Shown here: piece by piece, positions 1 to 10,596 of the stretch | How the letters are laid out: every line of letters starts with the position of its first letter | Numbering within the stretch: the first letter of the stretch is position 1 | Source: an uncultured Acidobacteriota bacterium | GTDB taxonomy: Bacteria > Acidobacteriota > UBA6911 | NCBI GenBank assembly: GCA_963809485.1 | Contig: CAWEJX010000020.1 | Location: 896,001-960,000 of the forward strand | Reading direction: 5' to 3' | DNA: 64,000 nucleotides | Notes under the pieces: generated by a model | The model's input: the letters and a program-made list of their open reading frames with translations, nothing else | What the model was told of the DNA's origin: nothing | Databases searched by the model: none | Program-made: the position numbers and the translations under genes

Positions 1-106
1 CGACGTGGTGCTGCTTGCCCCGGCCTGTGCGAGCTTCGACATGTTCCGGGATTATGAGCACCGGGGTCGGGCGTTCAAGGAAGCGGTGCGCAAACTGAAA
101 GAGTGA
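1..106 (+). CDS. murD: UDP-N-acetylmuramoyl-L-alanine--D-glutamate ligase, 3' end (partial)
   Basis: Frame from base 2 reads [26 protein letters not shown]...stop at 104-106, the typical MurD C-terminus; lies upstream of ftsW. Confidence 0.93.
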   Translation, partial: DVVLLAPACASFDMFRDYEHRGRAFKEAVRKLKE

Positions 107-297
107 ATGCAGCGATGCGTGCATCTCATGAGTTTGTTTTGTATCAGAAGAAGGAAGCCGGAAAACGGAAGCACGACGCCGGGTGCAAGGACCGGAATCG
201 CCGCTTCCGTCCGGCTTCCGACTTCTGTCCCGCCTGGCTGGCTGCATGCCGGTCAAACCGGGGGCAGGATTTCGGCGGTTTTTCAGGTTAATGGCAT

Positions 298-1404
298 ATG
301 GCATACAAACCCAGCAGTGATAAAATTCTTTTTTTTGCGGCAGGCCTGCTGACGATTTTTGGCCTGGTCATGGTTTACAGCGCATCGTCGGTCATGGCTT
401 CTTCCAAGTATGGCGCTTCGTCGTATTTCTTTGTACGCCAGCTGATGTATGCATGTTTGGGCTTCATTTTTTTGACCGTACTGATGCATGTCGACTATCA
501 CACGTGGCAGAAACCCAAAGCCATCGGTTGGATGCTTGCCTTGTGCATAGTCAGCCTGGGCTTTGTTCTGACCCAGGGAGCCGTCAACGGCTCCCACCGG
601 TGGCTGCGCCTGGGCAGTTTCATTTCCATCCAGCCCTCGGAAATCGCCAAACTGGTCGTGTTGATATTCCTCGCCGCTTTCCTCCAGAAATACGAAAATG
701 AAATCAACCAGCCGGTCCGGAGATTGCTGCCCCTGGGAGCCGTCATCGGCCTGGTCGCCGGTCTGATAGCCGTCGAGCCCGATCTCGGTCAGGCTATTTG
801 TATTTGCCTCATCACCGCGGTCCTGCTTTACGTCGCCGGCCTGTCCTGGAAATATTTCGCGGGTGCGGGCCTCCTCTCGATTCCAGCCTTTTATATTCTG
901 GTGGTGCAGGAGCCCTACCGGCTGGAAAGGATCCGGGCGTTCCTGAATCCGTTTCATGATCCGCTGGGTTCGGGCTGGCAGATATCGCAATCTTTGATCG
1001 CTGTCGGGAGCGGAGGGATTTCGGGCCTGGGGCTTGGCGCCAGCAAGCAGAAGCTCTTTTTCCTTCCTGAGGCAAGCAGCGACTTCATTTTTGCCGTCAT
1101 CGGCGAAGAGCTCGGATTGATTGCCACTGTTCTGGTTGCCTTTACATTCCTGGTCTATTTTTTCCGGGGGATGCGCATCGTGCTGCGATCGCCCGATCGT
1201 TTCGGTTTCTACCTGGGGCTCGGCATCACGCTCATGGTGGTGCTGCAGGGATTCATCAACATCTCCATGGTGCTGGCTATGATGCCCACAAAGGGAATCG
1301 CGTTGCCCTTCATCAGCCAGGGAGGCAGTTCTCTCCTGCTGAATCTGCTGGCGACCGGTGTGCTTCTGAACCTGTCGCATCATAACAAACCGGCCGAGGC
1401 TTAG
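298..1404 (+). CDS. ftsW: Peptidoglycan glycosyltransferase FtsW (SEDS family)
   Basis: Motifs GLVMVYSAS, IQPSEIAK, EPDLG, PEASSDFIFAVIGEELG, LPFISQGGSS; dcw context. Confidence 0.96.
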   Translation: MAYKPSSDKILFFAAGLLTIFGLVMVYSASSVMASSKYGASSYFFVRQLMYACLGFIFLTVLMHVDYHTWQKPKAIGWMLALCIVSLGFVLTQGAVNGSHRWLRLGSFISIQPSEIAKLVVLIFLAAFLQKYENEINQPVRRLLPLGAVIGLVAGLIAVEPDLGQAICICLITAVLLYVAGLSWKYFAGAGLLSIPAFYILVVQEPYRLERIRAFLNPFHDPLGSGWQISQSLIAVGSGGISGLGLGASKQKLFFLPEASSDFIFAVIGEELGLIATVLVAFTFLVYFFRGMRIVLRSPDRFGFYLGLGITLMVVLQGFINISMVLAMMPTKGIALPFISQGGSSLLLNLLATGVLLNLSHHNKPAEA

Positions 1405-1407
1405 GAC

Positions 1408-2766
1408 ATGTTCCGCAAAATCCAGAAAGTCCATTTCGTCGGGATCGGGGGCATAGGAATGAGCGGCATCGCCGAGCTGCTGCTGAACCTCGGCTATCAG
1501 GTTACGGGATCCGACTTGAGGAAGAGCCCCGCAACCGATCGTCTGGCTTCCCTGGGAGGGAAGATACACATCGGGCACCGGGCCGAAAATGTCCAGGGCG
1601 CCAATGTGGTGGTCCTTTCGTCGGCGGTTCACCCGGACAACGCGGAAGTTGTCGAGGCCCGGAAGCTGCAGATCCCCGTAATCCCGCGGGCGGAGATGCT
1701 CGCCGAGCTCATGCGCCTGAAGTACGGCATCGCCGTCGCCGGAGCCCACGGCAAGACGACCACCACCTCAATGATCGCGACGGTTCTTGTGTACGGCGGG
1801 CTCGATCCGACGGCCGTGATCGGCGGCAGGCTGAACGCGTTCGGCAGCAACGCAAAACTCGGCAAGGGCGATTTCATTGTTGCCGAAGCCGACGAAAGCG
1901 ACGGCTCTTTCCTGAAGCTCAGCCCCGCGATCGCCGTGGTCACCAACATCGATCGGGAACATCTGGATCACTATGCGGATTTGAACGAGATCCAGACGGC
2001 GTTCGCGGCCTTCGTCAACAAAGTTCCTTTTTACGGAGCCGCCGTTCTGTGCCTCGATGATCCCAATGTCCAGGCGATCATTCCCAGGATCGAGCGGCGG
2101 ATTGTGACTTACGGCGCCAGCAGCCAGGCGGATCTCGTCGCGTCGCACATGGAATTCCAGAAATTCGGTTCCTCGTGCAGGATTCGATACAGGGGAAATC
2201 CGCTTGGTATCCTGAGGCTTCAGGTGCCGGGGGCGCACAGCATTCTGAATGCGCTTGCAGCCGTGGCAACGGGGCTGGAGATCGATATGCCGTTCGAAAA
2301 GATCGCCGAGGCATTGGCATCTTTTCAGAATGCCGATCGCCGGTTTCAGATAAAGGGGAAGAAAAACGACATCCTGGTGGTGGACGATTACGGCCACCAC
2401 CCGACAGAAATTGTCGCGACCCTGAGCGCCGCCCGCAGGGCGTGCGACCGGCGGATTGTTGCGGTGTTCCAGCCGCACCGATACACCCGGATACGGGCCC
2501 TGGAAGAGGAATTTGCCCGGGCATTCTACGATGCGGATGTTCTTATGGTTCTTCCCATTTATGCCGCGGGGGAAAAGGCCATCGAGGGCATCACCTCCGA
2601 GAGACTGGTCGACCGCATCAAGGAATTCGGGCATCGTGACGTGAGTTTTGCGCCGGATTTCGCTGCCCTGCGGCGGATGCTCGAGGAAAGGCTCAAGCAG
2701 GGCGATTTGCTGCTGACCCTGGGCGCCGGAGACGTCTGGAAAGCGGGCGAGGAATTTCTTAAATAG
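1408..2766 (+). CDS. murC: UDP-N-acetylmuramate--L-alanine ligase
   Basis: [44 protein letters not shown]. Confidence 0.97.
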   Translation: MFRKIQKVHFVGIGGIGMSGIAELLLNLGYQVTGSDLRKSPATDRLASLGGKIHIGHRAENVQGANVVVLSSAVHPDNAEVVEARKLQIPVIPRAEMLAELMRLKYGIAVAGAHGKTTTTSMIATVLVYGGLDPTAVIGGRLNAFGSNAKLGKGDFIVAEADESDGSFLKLSPAIAVVTNIDREHLDHYADLNEIQTAFAAFVNKVPFYGAAVLCLDDPNVQAIIPRIERRIVTYGASSQADLVASHMEFQKFGSSCRIRYRGNPLGILRLQVPGAHSILNALAAVATGLEIDMPFEKIAEALASFQNADRRFQIKGKKNDILVVDDYGHHPTEIVATLSAARRACDRRIVAVFQPHRYTRIRALEEEFARAFYDADVLMVLPIYAAGEKAIEGITSERLVDRIKEFGHRDVSFAPDFAALRRMLEERLKQGDLLLTLGAGDVWKAGEEFLK

Positions 2767-2834
2767 CACACGGCTGTTGCCGGGTATCATGCATTTATGC
2801 GGGCAGGCAGGAACCGCCCGATCAGGATTGAGCA

Positions 2835-3755
2835 ATGGAGATCAGGACAAACAAACCGCGGGAAGCGCAGAGCGCAAGAATCGTTCCGCCCCCCGACAGG
2901 GTTCGTCATCCAAGGAGGAAATCCGTCCAGAAACTGGGCAAGCGCCCAATGGCAGGCCGGCGCCTCGTGTCCGCATTCAGGATTCTGGGAAAAATCAGTG
3001 TTCTCCTTTTGATCGCGGTTTTCATGCTCTCCGTTTTCCTATATGCTTACACTTCTGAGAAATTCAACCTTCGCAACATTGCGGTTTACGGCTGCAAGGA
3101 GCTCGATCCGAAACGCCTTGAGAGGATCATCCGGCGGGATTTCCCGGAAAATATTTTGCGCATCGATCTTCGCAAGTTGAAGTCTCGGCTGGAAAAGGAG
3201 GCCTGGGTCGATCGTGTGGAAATCCGCCGCGTGCTGCCTTCGGACCTTGTCATTTACGTTAAGGAGCGCACGCCGTCCGTGATTCTGGAAATGCAGGGTG
3301 AACTGATGATCGCGGACAAGGACGGCGTTCTGCTCGATTCGTATGAATCCCGGTACGGGAGGCTGGATGTGCCCGTATTCAAAGGAGTCCTGGGGAAAGA
3401 CACCCCGAATTACCGGAAAAATCAGGAGGAAAATACGGCGCGTATCGGCCAGGGACTGGCCCTGCTTTCGGACATCGAAGCCGGCTGTCCGGCCCATACG
3501 CACAGCATTTCCGAGGTCGACATATCGGACAGAAGCAATCTTAAGGTTCTGCTCGTGGACGACACGGCGGAGATTATGCTCGGCGAAAAGGATTACCGGA
3601 AGCGCTTTTGCACGCTCATGAACAACATGAGCCAGTACCAGGAGCTGAAAAGCCAGTACAGCGACATTCCTTCCGTGGATATGCGGTTTGATGGCCAGAT
3701 CGTGTACCGTCTGAGGCGGACGGATGAGGTGCGTTCCAGGAAAGCCAGTAATTAG
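2835..3755 (+). CDS. ftsQ: Cell division protein FtsQ/DivIB
   Basis: Basic N-terminus, one TM segment, POTRA-like WVDRVEIRRVLP, C-terminal VDMRF; directly upstream of ftsA. Confidence 0.88.
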   Translation: MEIRTNKPREAQSARIVPPPDRVRHPRRKSVQKLGKRPMAGRRLVSAFRILGKISVLLLIAVFMLSVFLYAYTSEKFNLRNIAVYGCKELDPKRLERIIRRDFPENILRIDLRKLKSRLEKEAWVDRVEIRRVLPSDLVIYVKERTPSVILEMQGELMIADKDGVLLDSYESRYGRLDVPVFKGVLGKDTPNYRKNQEENTARIGQGLALLSDIEAGCPAHTHSISEVDISDRSNLKVLLVDDTAEIMLGEKDYRKRFCTLMNNMSQYQELKSQYSDIPSVDMRFDGQIVYRLRRTDEVRSRKASN

Positions 3756-3812
3756 CTTCTATTCATTGCAGCCAGGGGCAAAAGGCAGGGCTCCGGAGTT
3801 GCGGGACTCAGG

Positions 3813-5054
3813 ATGAACAGAAAGGTAAGTAAAAAGGATCGCATCATCTGCGGGCTCGACGTCGGGACCACGAAGATCTGCATGATGATCGTGCGCGTTC
3901 TACCCGACGGCACCCTGGAAGTCATCAGCACCGGCTACGCCAACTCGAGCGGCCTGAAAAAGGGAGTTGTGGTGGACCTGGACGAAGCTGCGGCATCCAT
4001 ACGAAAGGCTGCGGACGAAGCGGAAATGGACTGCAACCATTCAGTCGATTGGGTGATCGTCGGGGCATCCGGAGATCATTTTCAAAGCTTCAACTCCCAC
4101 GGCGCAATCACGATAGAGGGCAACCATCAGGAAGTGACTGCCGAGGAGATGGCACAGGTGATCCGGGCCGCGCAGTCCGTTCCCCTGCAGCCGGATTGCG
4201 AGGTCATTCACGTGCTGCCCCAGGAGTTTTTCCTGGACGATCACGGAGGCATCCAAAACCCCGTGGGCCTTTTCGGCTCGCGCCTGGACGTGAATGTTCA
4301 TGTTATAACTTGCCAGAGCGCTCTGAACCAAAACCTGATCAACGCGGTCAACCGGGCGCAGATGCGCGTGAAAAAAATCGTGCTCCAGCAGCTTGCCAGC
4401 GCGGAAGCGGTCCTCACCAGGGATGAGCGGGAGCTTGGCACCGCGGTGATCGATGTCGGGGGCGGGACGACGGATATCGCCATTTTTTTAAGGAATGCGG
4501 TGCAGTTCACGAAGGTCCTGCCGGTGGGAGGAACTCATTTCACCCGTGATCTGGCCATCGGGCTTCAGACTCCCATGGCCGAAGCGGAGCGCATCAAGAA
4601 GGAATCGGGAACGGTCCTGACCGAGAGGATTTCGGAAGGGGAAACGGTCGAGGTCGCGGGCATGGGGACGCGCGCCGCCCGTGCCGTTTCGCGGAAGGTC
4701 GTCTGCGAGATTCTGCGGGACCGGGCCGTCGAGCTTCTGGAATTCGTTCGGGATCAAATCTGGAGAGCGGGAGAAGGGGAGCGTCTCGTGACCGGAGTCG
4801 TCCTGACCGGCGGTGGAAGCATGCTGGACGGCATGCTGGAACTTACGGAGGAAACCCTGGGGATGCCCGCGCGTCAAGGTCTGCCTCTGGGAGTGCAGGG
4901 ATTGACCAACGGGCTCTCCCATCCGGTCTATGCCACGGCGATCGGGCTCGCCCTCTTCGGAGCGGAAGAAGCCGGGTTGCGCAAGAACAGGCCGGGCAAG
5001 GCGAACAGCACTCCCTGGTTGTTTAACAAAATTTTGTCATGGGCTGGCAATTAG
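3813..5054 (+). CDS. ftsA: Cell division protein FtsA
   Basis: GLDVGTTKI, IDVGGGTTD, VLTGGGS, YATAIGL, amphipathic C-terminal helix. Confidence 0.97.
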   Translation: MNRKVSKKDRIICGLDVGTTKICMMIVRVLPDGTLEVISTGYANSSGLKKGVVVDLDEAAASIRKAADEAEMDCNHSVDWVIVGASGDHFQSFNSHGAITIEGNHQEVTAEEMAQVIRAAQSVPLQPDCEVIHVLPQEFFLDDHGGIQNPVGLFGSRLDVNVHVITCQSALNQNLINAVNRAQMRVKKIVLQQLASAEAVLTRDERELGTAVIDVGGGTTDIAIFLRNAVQFTKVLPVGGTHFTRDLAIGLQTPMAEAERIKKESGTVLTERISEGETVEVAGMGTRAARAVSRKVVCEILRDRAVELLEFVRDQIWRAGEGERLVTGVVLTGGGSMLDGMLELTEETLGMPARQGLPLGVQGLTNGLSHPVYATAIGLALFGAEEAGLRKNRPGKANSTPWLFNKILSWAGN

Positions 5055-5066
5055 GAGGAAGCAAGG

Positions 5067-6221
5067 ATGCAAACAGAAAAGTTACGTTTTGAGGAAGAAA
5101 CCATGCAGTTCCGATTTGACGATGATCGCCAGCCCCCGGCGAAGATAAAGGTTGTGGGAATCGGCGGGGCGGGCGGGAATGCAGTGAACCGGATGATTCA
5201 GGCCAAAATAGGAGGAGTGGAGTTCATCGCCGCCAATACCGACGTCCAGGCGCTCAAGAGCTCGGTCGCTTCCATCAAGCTTCAGATCGGCGCCAAGCTT
5301 ACGAACGGCCTGGGTTGCGGCGCCATTCCTGAAAAAGGGAGGCAGGCGGCCTTAGAGGATACGGAACGCATCATTGAGCTTCTGGACGGGGCTGACATGG
5401 TCTTCATCACCGCAGGCATGGGCGGCGGCACGGGAACCGGAGCGGCCCCCATCATCGCCAGTCTGGCAGCGGAATTGGGAGCCCTAACCGTCGGCGTCGT
5501 TACCAAGCCCTTCAATTTTGAAGGCAAGAGGCGCCAGATGCACGCTGAAGAAGGCCTTCACGAATTGAAGGAAGTGGTCGACACCCTGATCACGATCCCC
5601 AATGAAAGACTGCTCTGTGCCATGGGACCCGAAGCCCTGCTCGAGGATTCCTTCCGTTATGCGGATGATGTGCTCTGTCAGGCGGTACAGGGCATCTCGG
5701 ATATCATTACCATGCCCGGAATCGTAAATGTGGACTTTGCCGACGTGCGCACCATTATGGCCGGGAAGGGCATGGCCCTTATGGGAACCGGGATGGCCGA
5801 GGGCGAGAACCGGGCGGTTGAAGCCGCTCAGAGGGCCATATCCAGCCCGCTGCTGGAAGAGACCTCTATCCGCGGCGCCCAGGGAGTGTTGATCAACATT
5901 ACCGCCACGCGCGACAGCCTGCGGCTGCACGAGGTCGATGCGGCGGCGAAAATCATCGAGGAAATCGCCGGAGCGGAGGACACGATTTTCGGCGCTGTAT
6001 ACGATGAGAAGATGGGGGACAGAATAAAAATTACGGTTATCGCCACAGGCTTTAACCAGAGCGGCAGCGAGCGGGTGAAGGGACCCGGCGATTTCTTCCG
6101 CAGCGCAAGCAACGTGGTTCCCCTGGCATCATCCGAATCGAGCAAGTCGATCGATTATCAGCGCGCGGCTATCAGGGAAAATCTGGACGAGCCTGCCTTC
6201 AGGCGCCGGCGCGCCGAGTAG
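5067..6221 (+). CDS. ftsZ: Cell division protein FtsZ
   Basis: GGAGGNAVN, tubulin signature [17 protein letters not shown]-terminal LDEPAFRR. Confidence 0.98.
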   Translation: MQTEKLRFEEETMQFRFDDDRQPPAKIKVVGIGGAGGNAVNRMIQAKIGGVEFIAANTDVQALKSSVASIKLQIGAKLTNGLGCGAIPEKGRQAALEDTERIIELLDGADMVFITAGMGGGTGTGAAPIIASLAAELGALTVGVVTKPFNFEGKRRQMHAEEGLHELKEVVDTLITIPNERLLCAMGPEALLEDSFRYADDVLCQAVQGISDIITMPGIVNVDFADVRTIMAGKGMALMGTGMAEGENRAVEAAQRAISSPLLEETSIRGAQGVLINITATRDSLRLHEVDAAAKIIEEIAGAEDTIFGAVYDEKMGDRIKITVIATGFNQSGSERVKGPGDFFRSASNVVPLASSESSKSIDYQRAAIRENLDEPAFRRRRAE

Positions 6222-6249
6222 GCTAATGGCAGATTGCCACCTCAAGGAT

Positions 6250-6352
6250 CAGCGTTCGTCGGTGTTTTTATCAGCCTATGTCAGCGTTACCTGATCCAGT
6301 GCTGTCAAGCTCTGTGAGTCCCCAAGCGAAGCTCGGGGATTACCGATGTATT
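6250..6352. repeat. Diverged partial copy (right end) of the ~402-bp palindromic element
   Basis: gctgtcaagctctgtgagtccccaagcgaagctcggggattaccgatgta resembles gctgtcaaactctttgagtcccccggcagagccgggggtttaccaatgta; preceded by the same cagcgtt-type repeats. Confidence 0.7.
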
Positions 6353-6375
6353 TGTTGGATTCATCAAGATCGGAT

Positions 6376-7095
6376 TCACTTCGTAGATTTTTTGTAACTC
6401 ACCGACATTCCGGCAGAACCCGGTATGTCCAATATCCTGGTTTCCAGCGAAGGTATGCTGTTGACAAATTCCCAAAAATCGCCCCCTCGCCCGTACCCAC
6501 GCCCGAATCCGCCTCGGCTGCGCCCTCGGTCGCCGGAATAGTAGCCGCCGGAAACGTTATGGGCGGCAAAACAGCCGCCCACCGTCAGCTTCGGCAGCAC
6601 GGATTCCAGATAGTTGGAGTACCAATCCTTGTCGGCATCGCAGAATACGAAGTCAAAGGGTCCGGGCAACTCAGGCACAAGCTGGTGGGCGTCGGCAAGC
6701 CGGGCATCGATGTACTTGGCCAATCCTGTCTCGCGGAAATTGACCAGGGCCTCCTCATAGGCATCCCGATCGATCTCAATGGTGATGAGCTTTCCGCCGG
6801 TTTTTGACAGCGCCCAGGCGATCCATATGGCGGAATGGCCGGTGGACGTGCCTATTTCCAGGGCACTCTTGTAGTTGTGTTGAAGCACGATGTCGTAAAG
6901 AGCCTGACCGTCAGCATCCGGAACATTCATGCCTCGCCAGGATTCCCGGCGGTTCTCCATGTATTTTCGTACGAGGGTGTCGATGGATGCGCTATCGGCA
7001 GTTTTTTTTTGCGCAATCCCTCGTCCCGACGAGAAGCCCGACATGCCAATAATGATGCAAAGAGATGCAGCCAACGCCAGTTTGCCCATAGTCAC
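6376..7095 (-). CDS. Class I SAM-dependent O-methyltransferase (caffeoyl-CoA OMT/Methyltransf_3-like) with N-terminal signal-like peptide
   Basis: LEIGTSTGHS, ITIEID, FDFVFCDADK; hydrophobic N-terminus MGKLALAASLCIIIG. Confidence 0.85.
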   Translation of the reverse strand: MTMGKLALAASLCIIIGMSGFSSGRGIAQKKTADSASIDTLVRKYMENRRESWRGMNVPDADGQALYDIVLQHNYKSALEIGTSTGHSAIWIAWALSKTGGKLITIEIDRDAYEEALVNFRETGLAKYIDARLADAHQLVPELPGPFDFVFCDADKDWYSNYLESVLPKLTVGGCFAAHNVSGGYYSGDRGRSRGGFGRGYGRGGDFWEFVNSIPSLETRILDIPGSAGMSVSYKKSTK

Positions 7096-7252
7096 ACTCC
7101 ACTCACATTTGAGGATAGATACGCAGTCAGGGCACCGGAATTTTCATATTTTTGCTGACGTCGGTCTGAAATTGTGGAGGCCTGGAGGTTAAGGCAATGC
7201 CATCCAGGCCTCGGAGATTCAAAGGATACCAGGGGAAATTTTGTGCGCCGTT

Positions 7253-7789
7253 CTATTTCGCCCTTTTGGCAATGATTTCCTGCGGAGGTCCTCCTCCTCC
7301 TGGCCCACCCGGCCCACCTCCAGGCCCGGCCCCAGGTCCTGCGCCAGGTCCACCTCCAGGTCCACCTCCAGGCCCTGCCCCAGCCCCGGCTCCAGGTCCA
7401 CCAGGTCCACCCGGCCCACCGGGTCCGCCTGGCCCACCCTGGATCTCCCGCGTGAGTTTGATTTCGTCTCCGGAGACCTTCCCTTTCCACAAAGTTTTCA
7501 TTTCGTTGCCGCCAAAGCTGCGCACGACAACAAAAGTAATTTCATCACCATTGATTTTGCCGTCGCTTATAGCGGTCTCGCCCGTCGGATTCGACATGGT
7601 GCCGGACAGTTTCGTCCCATCCACCGTAAAATTGAATACGGTTTCGGTTGTTCCCTGCCTTCCCTGCATCTGGGCGACCCATTTCCCGGTTACATCGGCA
7701 GCTCCCGCGAATCCTGCTAGGAGGATCAGCAGGACTGCCGCAACCCACAGATTTACGTTTTTCACGATTCGGTTCCCCTTCCCGGCCAT
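7253..7789 (-). CDS. Secreted small beta-rich protein with Gly/Pro low-complexity insert
   Basis: Signal peptide ending AGAA, then DVTGKW; ~50-aa GPG/GAG tract before the last strand. Confidence 0.75.
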   Translation of the reverse strand: MAGKGNRIVKNVNLWVAAVLLILLAGFAGAADVTGKWVAQMQGRQGTTETVFNFTVDGTKLSGTMSNPTGETAISDGKINGDEITFVVVRSFGGNEMKTLWKGKVSGDEIKLTREIQGGPGGPGGPGGPGGPGAGAGAGPGGGPGGGPGAGPGAGPGGGPGGPGGGGPPQEIIAKRAK

Positions 7790-7923
7790 GTATCAAGGAT
7801 TCAAAACGGCCTATGGCCTCCGACCGTTGGTAGATATTACGTTTGGATCCGCGGCATGTTGCACAATAATTCCCGGAAGCAAAGGATTCGCACGGCAGCG
7901 TGAAGGATGCTAATGTATAGGGC

Positions 7924-10152
7924 TTGCATTATCTATGGGACCGGTGGCGGAAATTGACACGGGATCAGACCAAACTAATACTCGGCGGGCTGCTTTTCGT
8001 AACGGGCATCCTGGCATGCTGCAGCCGTCTGGAAGCGGCAGAGCAACTGCGGAAGCCGAAAGTCTGCCTTGCCTTAAGCGGCGGCGGAGCCAGGGGATCC
8101 GCGCATATCGGTGTCCTGAAAGTCCTCGAGCGGGAAGGCATTCCAATCGATTGCATCGCGGGCACCAGTTTCGGAGCACTGGTGGGAGGACTCTATGCGA
8201 TCGGCTACTCCGTGGACGGGGTCGAGCAGATACTTGTCAGCCAGGACTGGGACACCATTTTCAGCAATGAACCGCAGCGGCGCCTGACGCCGCTGATCGA
8301 ACGTAGGGATGCACGCTATCAGGCGCAGTTAGCCTTCAACGGCTGGAATCCGGAATTGCCGAGCGGCCTCCTGGGAGGCCAGCGCCTGGCGGAAAAGCTG
8401 GATGCCCTTACAGCCCTACAGATGCTGCGCGCCCACTATGACTTCGACAGGCTTCCCATCCCTTTCCGGGCTGTGGCAACCAACCTGGTCGACGGCAAGG
8501 CCTTTGTATTCAGGGAGGGCTCCATGGCCGAGGCGCTGCGCGCTTCGATGGCGGTTCCAATGCTTTTCACCCCGATAGAAAAGGACGGCATGCTGCTTGT
8601 GGACGGCGGGCTGACAGCTAATCTGCCCACCGGCGTCGCACGCGCCATGGGCGCCGATATCGTGATCGCCGTGGATGCGACTTCGCCGTTGCTGCGCAAG
8701 GATGAAATCCGGACTTTCATCAACGTGATCGACCAGTCGCTCAGCCTCCGCATGGAACAGAACCAGGAGGAAAGCCGGAAGCTTGCGAGCATCGTGTTGA
8801 AGCCCGAGCTGGAGTCTTTTACATTCAACGATTTCAATAAAACCCGCGAAATCGTGGCGCGGGGAGAACAGGAAGCCGGTAGACGGCTGGAGGAGCTCAA
8901 ATCTCTGGTGGCCGGCATCCCCCCTCGCCAGCGCCCGGCGCTTCCGGAAAAAGGGAAATCCACAATCGACTCCATTGCATTCCGGGGATTGAAAAAGGTC
9001 CGGCAGAGTCAGATCGAATCCAGCCTGCATGTTCACGCAGGCGAGGCTGTGAATCCCGGCGCGATCAGCGCAGATGTCGGCCGCATCTATGCGACCCGCC
9101 TGTTCGACAGCGTCGAATACACCCTCGAACCGACCGGCGAAAATCGATACCGCCTGGTGTACAGTCTCAAAGAGGCGCCCCTCCGGACCCTGGGCGCGAG
9201 CCTCCGCTACGACAATGATTATGATTTTGTCGCGCTGGTCGAGTTTACGGAAAGCATGATTTTCGGGAGCCCTTCGAAGGCCACCATCTCAAGTCAGTTT
9301 GGCGGCCTGTCGAATCATTCGGCCGCTCTGCGTCTCGTCCCTTCCGGCGCCCCGTTCTTCTTTTTTGAGCCGCGCCTGGATCTTCGCCGGCTTGAGCGCC
9401 GCGATGTACGGGATGAGGTACTGGTCGACAAATTCACGGACAGACGCGAGGGGGGCCAGCTGCTGCTGGGCGGCTCTGTTCTCAAGCAACTGGAGATAAG
9501 CGGCGGCTACCGCGCGGAACGTGTCCGGATAGCCGCCGGTTCGGAGCCCAACCGCCTGGATGGATCGGATGTGCTGGCCGGACTCACGTTTCTGCTCAAC
9601 CGGGACACGCTCGATTTCCCTGATTTCCCCCGCAGCGGGATGGTATTGAAGTTTCAGGTCGACAAACGGAGCGAGCGGCTCGGAGGGGATTACGATTATT
9701 CCAAATGGCAGGTGGATTATCAGCGCAACTTCCCGATATCGAAATCCTCCACTCTTCAGATCAACGCCAGCGGCGGCTATTCGCACGGCGCTGTGCCTTT
9801 TTATGACCTTTTCTTCACGGGAGGATATTGTTTTTCCGAAGGAGCCTCACGGCGTTTCGTGGGATTGGAGCGGGATGAGGTTGCCGCGCGTCAGATGGCC
9901 GTCATAGGCGCCAGCTTCCGGCATCAGCTGTTTTCTTCGCCTCTCGGTCTCATCAGGCGCGGCTATCTGACGGGCGGCTATAACGGCGGGTATTTCAGCA
10001 GCCGTCAGACACGACCGTACGACTTCAACTATATAAACGGCGCAGGAATCGGCCTGGCGCTCGACACCATGCTCGGTCCCATCCGCATCGCGGGCGGCTG
10101 GGCAGAAAGCAGCCGCTTCAACGTCTACTTCTCCCTTGGCCCAGCCTTTTGA
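7924..10152 (+). CDS. Patatin-like phospholipase with POTRA and Omp85-type barrel (PlpD-like, type Vd secretion)
   Basis: SGGGARG, GTSFG (GxSxG), DGG; POTRA-like segment; barrel-like C-terminus ending in F; start codon uncertain. Confidence 0.88.
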   Translation: MHYLWDRWRKLTRDQTKLILGGLLFVTGILACCSRLEAAEQLRKPKVCLALSGGGARGSAHIGVLKVLEREGIPIDCIAGTSFGALVGGLYAIGYSVDGVEQILVSQDWDTIFSNEPQRRLTPLIERRDARYQAQLAFNGWNPELPSGLLGGQRLAEKLDALTALQMLRAHYDFDRLPIPFRAVATNLVDGKAFVFREGSMAEALRASMAVPMLFTPIEKDGMLLVDGGLTANLPTGVARAMGADIVIAVDATSPLLRKDEIRTFINVIDQSLSLRMEQNQEESRKLASIVLKPELESFTFNDFNKTREIVARGEQEAGRRLEELKSLVAGIPPRQRPALPEKGKSTIDSIAFRGLKKVRQSQIESSLHVHAGEAVNPGAISADVGRIYATRLFDSVEYTLEPTGENRYRLVYSLKEAPLRTLGASLRYDNDYDFVALVEFTESMIFGSPSKATISSQFGGLSNHSAALRLVPSGAPFFFFEPRLDLRRLERRDVRDEVLVDKFTDRREGGQLLLGGSVLKQLEISGGYRAERVRIAAGSEPNRLDGSDVLAGLTFLLNRDTLDFPDFPRSGMVLKFQVDKRSERLGGDYDYSKWQVDYQRNFPISKSSTLQINASGGYSHGAVPFYDLFFTGGYCFSEGASRRFVGLERDEVAARQMAVIGASFRHQLFSSPLGLIRRGYLTGGYNGGYFSSRQTRPYDFNYINGAGIGLALDTMLGPIRIAGGWAESSRFNVYFSLGPAF

Positions 10153-10184
10153 ATTGACGATTTACGAATGACGATTGACGAATT
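10152..10184 (+). repeat. Heptamer tandem array (ttgacga/tttacga/atgacga)
   Basis: ttgacga tttacga atgacga ttgacga; reverse-complement arrays at ~10571-10600 and ~12831-12856. Confidence 0.85.
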
Positions 10185-10586
10185 AAAAAAATGGATCAGG
10201 GAAATTTGTGAGGCATTAGAATTCCATGGGATCCGGATGCAGCTCAGAAACACGAACCCAAGCATACGGATTGATATTATCAGCTGGTTCAGAACTTGCC
10301 TCGATCGAAGGCTGCGCATGATAATCGGACAGCAGTTGATGCGATGCGGCACATCAGTGGGGCCAACTTTCGCGCAGCCTGTCGAGCCAAATCTCGCGCG
10401 GATTTTATTGCGAAGCTGAAAATCGTCGAGGAGGAGTGCGACGAATCAATCTATTGGATGGAAATGCTGGCCGAAATGAAGTCGCGGCTGGCTTCCGTTC
10501 AGCGCACTCATGGAAAAGGCGAATCAAATTCTCTCGATTATCGTGGCCTCCATAAAAACAGCCCGCTCCTAATTCGTCAATCGTAA
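10168..10586 (+). pseudogene. Four-helix-bundle protein (23S rRNA IVP / bAvd-like family), frameshifted
   Basis: Joining frames gives MTIDELKK...QLMRCGTSVG/ANFRAACRAKSRADFIAKLKIVEEECDESIYWMEML, the family signature; several frameshifts. Confidence 0.85.
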
Positions 10587-10596
10587 ATCGTAATCG

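Noticed and set aside
7197-7913. 238-aa Pro-rich + strand ORF resembling collagen
   Set aside because: Antisense shadow of the Gly-rich secreted protein at 7253-7789, which has a signal peptide and sensible domain.
10168-10586. Diversity-generating retroelement suggested by the Avd-like gene
   Set aside because: No reverse transcriptase and no TR/VR pair with adenine-specific differences found.
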